Below are positions 39,429 to 50,594 of a stretch of DNA of 64,000 nucleotides, one piece after another. Position numbers and translations under genes: made by a program. The stretch comes from Pristiophorus japonicus (taxonomy: Eukaryota), in the NCBI RefSeq assembly GCF_044704955.1, contig NC_091984.1, positions 115,754,001 through 115,818,000 on the forward strand. The letters are read 5' to 3'. How positions within the stretch are numbered: the stretch's first letter is position 1; the number at the start of each line of letters is the position of its first letter. The notes under the pieces are model-generated. The model was not told the DNA's origin and searched no databases. It worked only from the letters and a program-made list of their open reading frames with translations.

Positions 39429-39469
39429 TATCATTCTTAACTTTGGGCTATGTGCTGCTGAAGTGAGCA
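39429..39469 (-). pseudogene. U6 snRNA 5' half
   Basis: Reverse complement TGCTCACTTCAGCAGCACATAGCCCAAAGTTAAGAATGATA versus U6 GTGCTCGCTTCGGCAGCACATATACTAAAATTGGAACGATA. Confidence 0.85.
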
Positions 39470-41507
39470 GATGAATGCGTGGCTGGAGAGATGGTGCAGG
39501 AGGGAGGGTTTTAGATTCCTGAGGCATTAGGTCCATTTCTGGGGAGGTGGGACTTGTACAAGCTGAACAGGTTGCACCTCAACAGGGCCAGGACCAATGT
39601 CCTCATGGGGGAGGGGTTGCTAGTGCTGTTATGGAGGGTTTAAACGAGCTTGGCAGGAGGATAGGAACTTGAGAGTAGATTCAGAAGGAGAAAAGAAAAG
39701 CTGGAAATGGAAGCCAGAAAATTAGTAAGCGAGTTTGGAAGGCAGAGGTTAGAAAATAGACAAGGGAGTTTGGCAGTGCTAAATGGTGTATAATTCAATG
39801 CAAGAAGTCTAGGGAATAAGGCAGATGAGCTGAGGGCACAGATAGACATGTGGGGGTATGATATAACTATTACTGAGACGTGGCTGAAAGAAAGTCAGGA
39901 ATGGCAGCTCAACATTCCTGGTTACAGGGTCTTCAGACAAGATAGAGAGGGAGATAAAAAGGAGGGGGTTCGCAATATGGATTAAAGAAACAATTGCATC
40001 TGTGAGGCGGGATGATATATTAGAAGGATCATTAAATGAGGCCATATGGGTTGAACTGAAGAACAAAAAAAGGGCAATCACACTGCTGGGAGTATACTAT
40101 AGACTCCCATACAGTCAAAGGGAGATAGAGGAGCAAATATGTAGGCAAATTTCTGAAGTGCATAAACAATAGGGCAGTAAGAACATTATTTGAAAAAATT
40201 CTAAGGGACAGGATAAATCTTCATTTAGAAAGACATGGAGTAATCGAGTACAGTCAGCATGGATCTGACTAACTTGATTGCATTTTTTAGGAGGTAACAA
40301 GGAGGGTCGATGAGGGTAGTGCGTTTGATGTAGTCTATATGGATTTTAGCAAGGCTTTTGATAAGGTCCCACATGGCAGACTGGTCATGAAAGTAAAAGC
40401 CCATGGGATCCATGGCAAAGTGGCAAGTTGGATCCAAAATTGGCTCAGAGGCAGGAAGCAAAGTGTAATGATCGATGGGTGTTTTTGTGACTGGAAGGAC
40501 GTTTCCAGTGGGGTTCCGCAAGGCTCAGTAATAGGTCCCTTGCTTTTTATGGTTTATATCAATGATTTGGACTTGAATGTATGGGGTATGATTACAAAGT
40601 TTGTAGATGATACAAAAATTGGCCGTGTGGTTGATAATGAAGAAGAAAGCTGTAGACTGCAGGAAGATATCAATGGACTAGTCTGGCGGGCAGAACAGCA
40701 GCAAATGAAATTCAATCTGGAGAAGTGTGAGGTAATGCATTTGGGGAGGGCTAACAAGGAAAGGGAATACACAATAAATGGTAGGACACTGAGAAGTGTA
40801 GAGCAACAGAGGGACCTTGGAGTGCATGTCCACAGATCCCTGAAGGTAGCAGGACAGGTAGATAAGGTGGATACAAAGGGAACAGGATACTTTCCTTTAT
40901 TAGTTGAGGCATAGAATATAAGAGCAGGGAGGTTATGCTTGATCTGTATAAAACACTAGTTAGGCCACAGCTAAACTACTGCGTGCAGTTCTGGTCACCA
41001 CATTATAGGAAAGATGTGATTGCAGTACAGAGGAGATTTACGAGGATGTTGCCTGGACCAGAGAATTTTAGCGATGAGGAAAGATTGGATAGGCCGGGGT
41101 TGTTTTCTTTGGAACAGAGGAGGCTGAGGGGAGACCTAACTGAGGTATATATAATTAAGATGGACCTAGATAGAGTGGATAGGAAGGACCTATTTCCCTT
41201 AGCAGAGGGGTCAATAACCAGGAGGCATAGATTTAAAGTGGCAGGAGGATTAGAGGGGATTTGAGGAGTATTCTTTCACCCAGAGGGTGGTAGGGATCTG
41301 TAGCAAACTGCCTGAAAGGGTGGTAGAGACAGAAATCCTCATAGCATTTAAAAAATACTTAGATCTGCACTTGAAGTACCATAACCTACATGGCTATGGA
41401 CCAAGTGCTGGAAAGTGGGAATAGGCTGGATAGCTCTTTGTCGGCCGGCGCGGACATGGTGGGCTGAAATGGCCTCCTTCTGTGCTGTAAATTTCTATGT
41501 ATCTATG
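39465..41507 (+). mobile_element. 3' portion of the U6-headed CR1 (ORF1 C-terminus, ORF2 with internal deletion near 40180, 3' tail)
   Basis: Begins EQMNAWLERWCRREGFRFL; APE start FNARSL; RT DFSKAFDKVP..FVDD; tail tttctatgtatctatg. Confidence 0.9.
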
Positions 41508-41508
41508 A

Positions 41509-41790
41509 GAATGTACACCAGTATTGTATCAGTGTGTGAATGTACACTACTATTGTATCAGTGTGTGAATGTACACTAATAGTGTATCAGTGTGAGAATG
41601 TACACTAATATTATATCAGTGTGTGAATGTACACTAATATTGTATCAGTGTGAGAATGTACACTACTATTGTATCAGTGTGTGAATGTACACTAATAGTG
41701 TATCAGTGTGTGAATGTACACTACTATTATATCAGTGTGTGAATGTACACTACTGTTATATCAGTGTGAGAATGTACACTAATATTATAT
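41509..41790. repeat. 29-bp minisatellite, about 10 copies
   Basis: Unit gaatgtacacta(a/c)tattgtatcagtgtgt. Confidence 0.92.
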
Positions 41791-43419
41791 CTCCCCTTTT
41801 GACCTCTCCAAGCTCATCTTGTCCATGAAACCCACTTCCTGCTCCCTTGATCCTATTCCCACTAAACTGTTGACCACCCAACTTCTTTTTTTGGCTCCCA
41901 TGTTAACTGACATTGTTAACAGTTCTCTCTCCTCAGGTACTGTTCCCCTCTCCTTCAAACCTGCAGTCATCACTCCTCTCCTCAAAAAAACAACCCTTGA
42001 CCCCACTGTGCTTGCTAGCTACCGCCGCATCTCCAACCTCCCTTTCCTCTCCAAAGTTCTTGAGCGTATTGTCGCCTCCCAAATCCGTGACCATCATTCC
42101 TGGAACTCAATGTTTGAATCCCTTCAATCTGGTTTTCGCCCTGCCACAGTACCAAAACGGCTCTCAGAAAAGTCACAAATGACATCCTTTGTGACTGTGA
42201 CAAAGGTAAACTATCCCTCCTCATCCTCCTGGACCTGTCTACCACCTTTGACACAGTTGACCACTACATCCTCCTCCACTATGCCTCGCCACCATTGTCC
42301 AGCTGGGTGGGACTGCACTCGTCTGGTTCCATTATTATCTATCTAATTGTAGCCATAAAATCTCCTGCAATGGCTTCTCTTCCCACTCCCGCATCGTTAC
42401 CTCTGGTGTCCCCCAAGGAACTATCATTGGCCTCCTTCTATTTCTCATCTTTTGCCCCTTGGCAGTATCATCCAAAAACACGGCATCAGTTTCCATATGT
42501 ACGCTGACGGCACCCAGCTGTACCTCTCCACCACTTCTCTCGACCCCTTCATGGTATCTAGATTGTCAGACTGCTTCTCCAACATCCAGTACCGGATGTG
42601 CAGAAGTTTTCTCAAATATTGGGAAGACCGAAGCCATTGTTTTTGGTCCCTGCCACAAACTCTGTTCCCTAGTCACTGACTCCATCTCTTTCCCTAACAT
42701 CTATCTGAGGCTAAACCAGACTGTTCGCAACCTAGGCATCATATTTGACCCTGAAATGAGCTTCCGGCCACATATCCGCGGCATAACTAAAACCGCCTAT
42801 TTCCACCTTTGTAACATTGCCCACCTCTGCCCCTGCCTCCGCTCTTCTGCTGAAACCCTCATTCATGCCTCTGTTACCTCTAGACTTGACTATTCCAATG
42901 CACTCCTGGCTGGCCTCCCACATTCTACACTATGTAAACTTGAGGTCATCCAAAACTCGGCACCCGTGCCCTAACTTGCACCAAGTCACGATCACCCATC
43001 ACCCCTGTGCTCGCTCAACTACATTGGCTCTCGGTTAAACAACGCTTCAATTTCAAAATTCTCATCCTTGTTTACAATTCCCTCCATGGCCTCGCCCCTC
43101 CCTATCTCTGTAACCTATTTCAGCCTCACAACCCCATGAGAATTCTGCGCTCCTCAAATTCTGCCCTTTTGAGCATCTCTAATTATAACTGCTCAACCAT
43201 CGGTGGCCATGCTTTCAGCTGCCTGGGCCCTAAGCTCTGGAACTCCCTCCCTAAACCCTCCACCTATCTTTCCTCCTGTAAGACGCTCCTTAAAACCTAC
43301 CTCTTTAACCAAACTTTTGGTCATCTGCCGTAATCTTCTTATGTGGCTCGGTCTCAAATTTCTGTTTTGTCTTATAACACTGTTGTGAAGCGCCTTGGGA
43401 CATTTTACTACGTTAAAGA
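41791..43419 (+). mobile_element. L2 LINE, 5'-truncated (RT and 3' tail)
   Basis: [55 protein letters not shown]; tail gtgaagcgccttgggacatttt. Confidence 0.92.
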
Positions 43420-45383
43420 TGCAGCCAGCGGGAGTTCGAGGAGCGGCCCATAAAAAGGTGCGGCCGTCGGGGAGCCGCCACAGGAGCAGCCAGTGGGAGT
43501 TCGAGGAGCTAGCTGGTGCAGGGGCACGGGCAGAAGGTAAACAAAGAAGTAAAAAGAAATCGAAGTGTGATGTCACAGCCAAGCGGGTAAGTGATTGGCT
43601 GGTGGATTGGTGAGTATTTGATCTTTTTCTTTTTTCTTATCAGTAGGAAACTGCAAATAGCCGTTAATGGGTATGATGTAATTGGGATTACAGAGACATG
43701 GCTCCAGGGTAACCAAGACTGGGAACTCAACATCCAGGGGTATTCAATATTCAGGAAGGATAGACAGGAAGAAAAAGGAGGTGAGGTAGCGTTAATGGTT
43801 AAAGAGGAGGTTAACACAATAGTAAGGAAGGACATTAGCTTGGATGATGTGGTATCTATATGGGTAGAGCTGAAAAACATCAAAGGGCAGAAAACGTTAG
43901 TGGGAGTTGTGTACAGACCACCAGACAGTAGTAGGGAGGTTGGGGGTGGCATCAAACAGGAAATTAGGGATGCGTGCAGTAAGGGTACAGCAGTTATCAT
44001 GGATGACTTTAACCTACATATTGATTGGGCTAACCAAACTGGTAGCAATGCTGTGGAAGAGGGTTTCCTGGAGTGTATAAGGGATGGTTTTCTAGACCAA
44101 TATGTCGAGGAACCAACTAGAGAGCTGGCCATCCTAGATTGGGTCTTGTGTAACGAGGGAGGATTAATTAGCAATCTGGTTGTGCGTGACACCTTGGGGA
44201 AGAGTGACCATAATATGGTAGAATACTTCATTAAGATGGAGAGTGACACAGTTAATTCAGAGACTAGGGTCCTGAACTTAAGGAAAGGTAACTTCGATGG
44301 TATGAGGCGTGATTTGGCTAGGGTAGACTGGCAAAGGATACTTAAAGGGTTGACAGTGGATAAGCAATGGCAGACATTTAAAGATCACATGGATGAATTA
44401 CAACTATTGCACATCTCTGTCTGGCATAAAAATAAAATAGGAAAGGTGGCTCAACCATAGCTAACAAGGGAAATTAGGGATAGTGTTAAGTCCAAGGAAG
44501 AGGCATATAAATTGGCCAGAAAAAGCAGCAAACCTGAGGACTGGGAGAAATTTAGAATTCAGTAGAGGAGGACGAAAGGTTTAATTAGGAGGGGGAAAAT
44601 AGAGTATGAGAGTAAGCTTGCAAGGAACATAAAAACTGACTGCAAAAGCTTCTATAGATATGTGAAGAGAAAAAGATTAGTGAAAACTAATGTAGGTCCC
44701 TTGCAGTCAGAATCAGGTGAATTCATAATGGGGAACAAGGAAATGGCAGACCAATTGAACAAATACTTTGGTTCTGTCTTCACTAAGGAAGACATGAATA
44801 ACCTCCTGAAAATACTAGGGGACCGAGGGTCTAGCGAGAAGGAGGAACTGAGGGAAATCCTTATTAGCCAGGAAATGATGTTAGGGAAACTGATGGGACT
44901 GAAGGCCGATAAATCCCCAGGGCCTGATAGTCTGCATTCCAGAGTACTTAAGGAAGTGGCCATAGAAATAGTAGATGCATTGGTGGTCATTTTCCAAAAT
45001 TCCATGGACTCTGAATTAGTAACTATGGATTGGAGGGTAGCTAATATAACCCCACATTTAAAAAAAAGAGGCATGGAGAAAACAGGGAATTATAGACCGG
45101 TTAGCCTGACATCGGTGGTGGGGAAAATGCTGGAATCAATTATTATAGATGTAATAGCAGTGCATTTGGAAAGCAGTGACAGTATCAGTCCAAGTCAGCA
45201 TGGTTTTATGAAAGGGAAATCATGCTTGACAAATCTTCTAGCGTTTTTTGAGGATGTAAGTAGTAGAGTGGATAAGGGAGAACCAGTGGCTATGGTGTAT
45301 TTGGACTTTCAAAAGGCTTTTGACATGATCCCGCACAAGAGATTACTGTGCAAAATTAAGGCACATGATATTGGGGGTAATGT
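43420..45383 (+). mobile_element. CR1 LINE with 5' UTR joined directly to APE (ORF1 deleted), 3'-truncated in RT
   Basis: 5' UTR motif gatgtcacagcc..gtaagtgattgg; ORFs 43591-44460 and 44662-45441 closely resemble 22.3-24.0 kb. Confidence 0.9.
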
Positions 45384-47689
45384 CTCTTTCTCTGCTGGTT
45401 GTAAAGATGCCCAATCACCAAGTCTCAAAAAGAATCTATAAGTATGGCTGGTTTGGAAAATAGAAAATATAATGTTGCTGCAGGAGGGATGTTCTTCTGT
45501 GGTTGGGTCTATAACATTATTGGGGGGAGAATAACTTACGCTGTGCGATACTTCACCTGAGATCACCCGATGCTGGTAGTAGAAGGCCGATCCTCCGAGT
45601 TTGTGCTTCTGGCTGAGAGCCTCCCCTGCCTAAAGCTCACATCAGGAAATTGCAGGTGTGTTGCCCTCAAAGCTTCCGGTCATCATGATTTTAAGTGGTT
45701 AAAAAACGGTGTGCTCAAATTTCCGGGCAGGGAAGTGGACCTGAGTCCATGATTGGATCAGCCATGATCGTGTTAAATGGCAGAGTGGGCTCGAGGAGTC
45801 ATGTGGCCTACTACTGCTCCTGTTTCTTATGTTCTTATGACAGCCGAGGATCCGTACTGGGAGTGCATTGTCGGAATATTAGGTGAAGAAAGTAGGGAAC
45901 GAGTTCCATTCCACAGCACTAACGCACCTTGATGAGCACAATGAGATTCACCGCATAAACAATAACGCTCCACGGGAGGTATCGTCACAAGGTACAATCG
46001 GAGTTGTAATTGTATAGTTGAGATCTAGCATGCTGTTGAGTTCATGATTGTATTATTTCCAGCGAGATGAACTGTGACTGGCTACATCAAGCTGCAAATG
46101 GGAATGAAACAAATCAAAGTCAGTCACCGAGAATCTCAACTTACTTAATAACTATTTTGAGAGTACTCAGACACCAGCTCTCTAACCTTAATGATGCAAT
46201 TCAAGCAGTGATATTGGAGATGTGTGATGAACAAGCACTCCAGTTTTATTGACATAAAAAAAATGACCATAAGTACAAAGCTTCTAAAACTGCAGTGGTT
46301 ATTTGCCAGCATGTGCAGGATAGTGAGGTCAGCTGAGATGTGTGCTAATCTGCAACTTTTATTTGCAGCTCTATTTCTTATCATTTTGGTTTATGGTGCA
46401 TAAAATGGGAAGTAGTTGTATATTTTTTTACTGTACAGAGAGTTTTCGTGGTTGGTGAGTTCTGCAGACGTGGGTTATTTTGTGTCATGAGCCGCGTGGA
46501 GACCTTTTACGGGAACATTTTCTGTCTGATTTTCTCACCACATTCATTGGATTATTTTCTCGAACGAAAGCACAAATGGCTGGACTGTTTGACTTTGCGT
46601 GGACTCAGTGCTGTACACTGTAGTCTCTGCTGTGTTGACAGTATGTCATGTAAACAAAGTTGGATTCGTTTAATGAGGTTTATCTAGATTACAAAAAAAT
46701 AAATTTTTCACATTCTAAGTGAATCTTGATTCTCTTTTTTAGTCTGGTACTGAGAGATTAAAGAGTTCATCTTCACACCAGGCCTCTGCAGATGCTTCTC
46801 TTGAGCAAGCTGTTAAGAGGTTTCGACCAGTGACATGCAGGCCAGCTTTTTCAACCTTGAACCTTGTCATAAAGTTGTTTTACCTGCTGTTTCTTTTATT
46901 GTCTTGCTGAGACCAAAGGCCCACAGTCTATCATTAAGTAAGTAATACGGCAAGTTGGACCATCAACAAGTAACAACACCACATTGTTAGTCCAGATATT
47001 TTTGTTTTTCTTAGCATTTCTCCTCTCCTTACGTGAAGTGACGTATAGTTAGTGGGGTGTCAGCAGCCCTCCATTACCATGCCAACGAAGCCATTCGTCA
47101 TGCATGTGTGGTGTTTAGGAACTTAAAAACATCACAGAGCTCACAAAGAGTTTCTTGGCATCTTTACTACAAGAGGGCCTTAGTACTTGGCTACTTTACT
47201 GTAAATGAACTGTGATTGATAGTCCAACAGCTAAACAGTTTGCACAAACGATATAAACAATCCAATAGATATCATTACAGCATGGGATTAGGCAATGAAT
47301 GTTGATAGACAGTGGGAGCGCATTGCTGCCAAGATAGACCTGTCCTCACTTATATCTGTCTGGCCTCGCAGTGGGCTATGGCCCGCATCCTTACTTGCTC
47401 CATTATTCAAACTTCTGTGCAAGTTCTTGCCAAGCTCCTCTGGCTTCCCATGACTTTTCAAATTGATTTTAAGATCCTCTTACTCACCTTCAAATCATTC
47501 CCTTCGCCTTGTTCACCCTTCCTCAGTGACCTTTGGCAGCTGCACATCCCCACACACTCCCATCCCTCCTCTGATCCTAGCCCCTCACTCCCTCTGTTCC
47601 ACCATTGGGGGCCACTCCTTTAGCAACTATGCTTCCACCCTGTGGCACTCCTTCTCTCATTACTTCACTTCGACCTCGCCACCCCCCTC

Positions 47690-48090
47690 CCTGTCCTGGC
47701 CAATATTTGTCCCTCAATCAACATAACAAAAACAGATTATCTGGCCATTTTCACATTGCTGTTTGTGGGGGCTTGCTGTTGTAATGTGGGAAACGCGGCA
47801 GTCAATTTGCTCACAGCAAACTCCCACAAACAGCAATGTGAAAATTACCAGATAATCTATTTTTGTTATGTTGATTGAGGGACAAATATTGACCAGGGCA
47901 CAACTCCCCTGCTCTTCTTCAAAATAGTGCCAAGGTTTAACATCTCATCCAAAAGACAGCACAGCACTCCCTCAGTACTACACTAGAGTGTCAGCCTAGA
48001 TTTATGTACTTAAGTTTCTTGGAGTGAGACTTGAACCTACAACCTTCTGACTGAGAGGTAAGTGTGCTACCCACTGAGCCACAGCTGACA
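47690..48090 (-). mobile_element. tRNA-headed SINE with L2-type tail (SacSINE1/DeuSINE-like)
   Basis: Reverse complement head gtcagctgtggctcagtgggtagc (A box) and ggttcaagtc (B box); body homologous to 55658-56105. Confidence 0.8.
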
Positions 48091-49627
48091 CTATTATATG
48101 TGGTCAAAATTAGCACTTAGGAGTGCCACAGTAATGTAAGTTGCTATGAGGAACACCAGTCTAGGTCTGTACTTCAAGATTAAATGTTTGTGTCTTTGGC
48201 AGTGCAAATTATAAGCAGTTCCATCAAAAAGAGCAGTTTGATGCATCTTATTCCATACCCTGATGTTCTGGTATTCTCAAGCTACGTTACCTTTCTCTGA
48301 TTGCCTCAACAGATTCCACCTTAAAAGTGCACAAAATCGTCTTGTCACCATTTTCTTTCAAGCCTTGCTGGAACTGAGTGGCACTATGACCAAGTGTTGA
48401 CAGTCATCCTAATGGAAGTTACCAATCCATTCCACTCACCGGCAAGTTTAATGGACATCACTGAGGCCAAGCCATGTTGCTATGCAGGGTGCTCCTGTGA
48501 AGGGGTAGAAATTATATTCAGCAATGTTCTTTTTTTTTCTGCATTCATGCTTACTGACATAAAGGTTAATGGGACATTGTCAAACAATACAATTTACTGT
48601 ATTAGTACGAAACATTAATTCCCGTACATAATTTATACCATGAGATTTATAATCTTGTCACAATGTCTTATTTCATCAAAGAGTGAAAGCTTGAACATAA
48701 TGAGACTAATAATGACACGTTGATGTCATCTTTCCTTGTTTATGTAATTTCTGCCTTATTTGTGCTCAATAACAACCACGCCCAAATAAAATACGCTACT
48801 AGGCACTGGGGAGAATGCAGAAGTCCATTTAAAGAGCCAGGCACAGATATTTTAAAGCTTTGCAGATTCCTTATTTATTTAAGATTTCAGAATTTTGTGT
48901 TGTTTTTGCTCCAGCCGCCAACTTGACCATTTTCCTTGCCACCATTTGCTGTGGGGCTGGCATTCCTCACTCCTTCCGGTAGGGGCTTCCATTGGGGATT
49001 CCCTTCTGCCTTTTCTTCATGGAAGATGAGAAGCAACAGATGGAGGCCCGGCTAGTGACAGCACCGGGGATACATGGTACTTCCCCACTAGTAAACACTC
49101 CCCTCCCCACCACCAGTGGTACAGGCAGAGGTATTCCTACCTTCATTTACCCACCGAGCTGGAGAAACTGCTTAAAGAGAATGTGAAGGGCAATTCTTTG
49201 CTCACTGCAAGCCACATTCAGGCCACATCTTAACGACCATATCTGCCTACTGAATAAACAGTCTCATCATGAACGTGCCATTATCTACAGAACCTTCTCT
49301 GCATGTCACTAATTACACAGCACACACTCATTCTACCAGGTGAGAGCGTCTTCAAAAACTTACAAGGGGCAGTGTAGTGTGGCCAAAATGTTAATGTAAT
49401 TCCCAACTGTGTGAGCGTCTCCTAATTCTTTCTGCTGTGATTCCCTTTGAAGCCTGTGCGTGATATGATTCCTTACTGTTATATGTTCTTTACGACATCA
49501 CTAACAAACACATTCTATAAGATGGCTCCAATACATCATGCGACTTTTATTGCATTTACAGCAGCAGTTGCATTACCACAGTAGTCCACTCGGTGGAGCT
49601 CTATATTACACTTACATCTAACATTGT

Positions 49628-50431
49628 GGGGCTGAAATTGCTCCTTTCCTTAAGGGCTGTTACCACCTCAAATCGGCCGCTATGCTGCGGAGTGGTGTGG
49701 CCGCTGACTTATCGTGGTATTACTGCTGCCAGCCCAATTGCTCTTCCGAGGTTTCCCGGCAGTGCCCCGATCCCCTCCCACCATTCCGCTGTTGCTGATC
49801 CGTGTTAAGTACATCATCACCGTGTGCACCGCCAATCTACCCACACCACCCCCCCTCACCCCAAACAGCGATATTCCGCTCTGAAAATCTTCGGCCCGCC
49901 CGGCAGTACCAAAACCTGTTTTGACCAGTGGTGCAGCTTCCCTTAAAGGGGAGGGTGCACTGTCGCTTCTGCCATGTTTTGTTTTGTTGGCTGACTGCCA
50001 TGTCGGCCTGACAACGATGTCCATGGGTTTGGCCGGGCCCCCAACAGGCAGCCTGGCATCCCCTCTTGGGCGCCAGGCCGCTGGTCCAGCCGAAATCCTC
50101 GCTGGTGGCCCAGTGGGCCGAAGTTTTAATATCGCGAAGGCTCTCCATTTTAAGTGAAGAGGAGAGCCGTGGTGACGCGGCACCGTGATGATGTCATCGC
50201 GGTGGTCAGTCCGCAGCCCCCAACTTCTGCCCCTCAGGTGTTGCCGCCGCTGCGTATCCGCTGCTCTCATGCAGTCACTGCCTCCATTAAGAGCGACTTC
50301 CGGATCTGAAGAAAAAAAACAACAAAGAGCGGAATTTCGCTCAAGAAGCAACCTCAACCAGAGCTGCGGTAAAAACCATTGAAATGGGGTGCATGTGCCC
50401 CGTTTCGGGTGGAGTGGCAATTTCTACCCCC
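49628..50431. mobile_element. GC-rich non-autonomous DNA transposon (Harbinger-type MITE)
   Basis: TIR ggggctgaaattgc / gcaatttctacccc; abrupt GC and CpG rise inside. Confidence 0.65.
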
Positions 50432-50594
50432 GTGTCTCTAAATGTTACCTGAGTGTTGAGGTAAGTGACTGTACTATCCCTGTACAAATGCTTTGGGACT
50501 GAGCTGGCCTACCATTCACTAGGAGTGATAGCAGAACATTGTGCAGTTGCTGAAGTGGGTGGAGATCTGCCTCAACCAATCCCAGCCTCATTAC

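Larger units (their letters stand above)
27771..39469 (-). mobile_element. Inverted 5' portion of a U6-headed CR1, in pieces 39469-39429, 33608-33247 and 28475-27771
   Basis: On the minus strand: U6, then 5' UTR with gacgtcacag..gtaggtgattg, then ORF1 CTSCAMWE..|DDHVCRMC..esterase..VISGFLLMPRVTEYKN. Confidence 0.85.

Noticed and set aside
41509-41790. Regular ~29-bp repeats resembling a CRISPR array
   Set aside because: Head-to-tail minisatellite with no unique spacers and no cas genes, in a eukaryotic context.
45900-49600. Possible exons of a downstream gene (RGS-family neighbour expected from mammalian synteny)
   Set aside because: I could not recognise any RGS or other protein motif with splice signals by eye.
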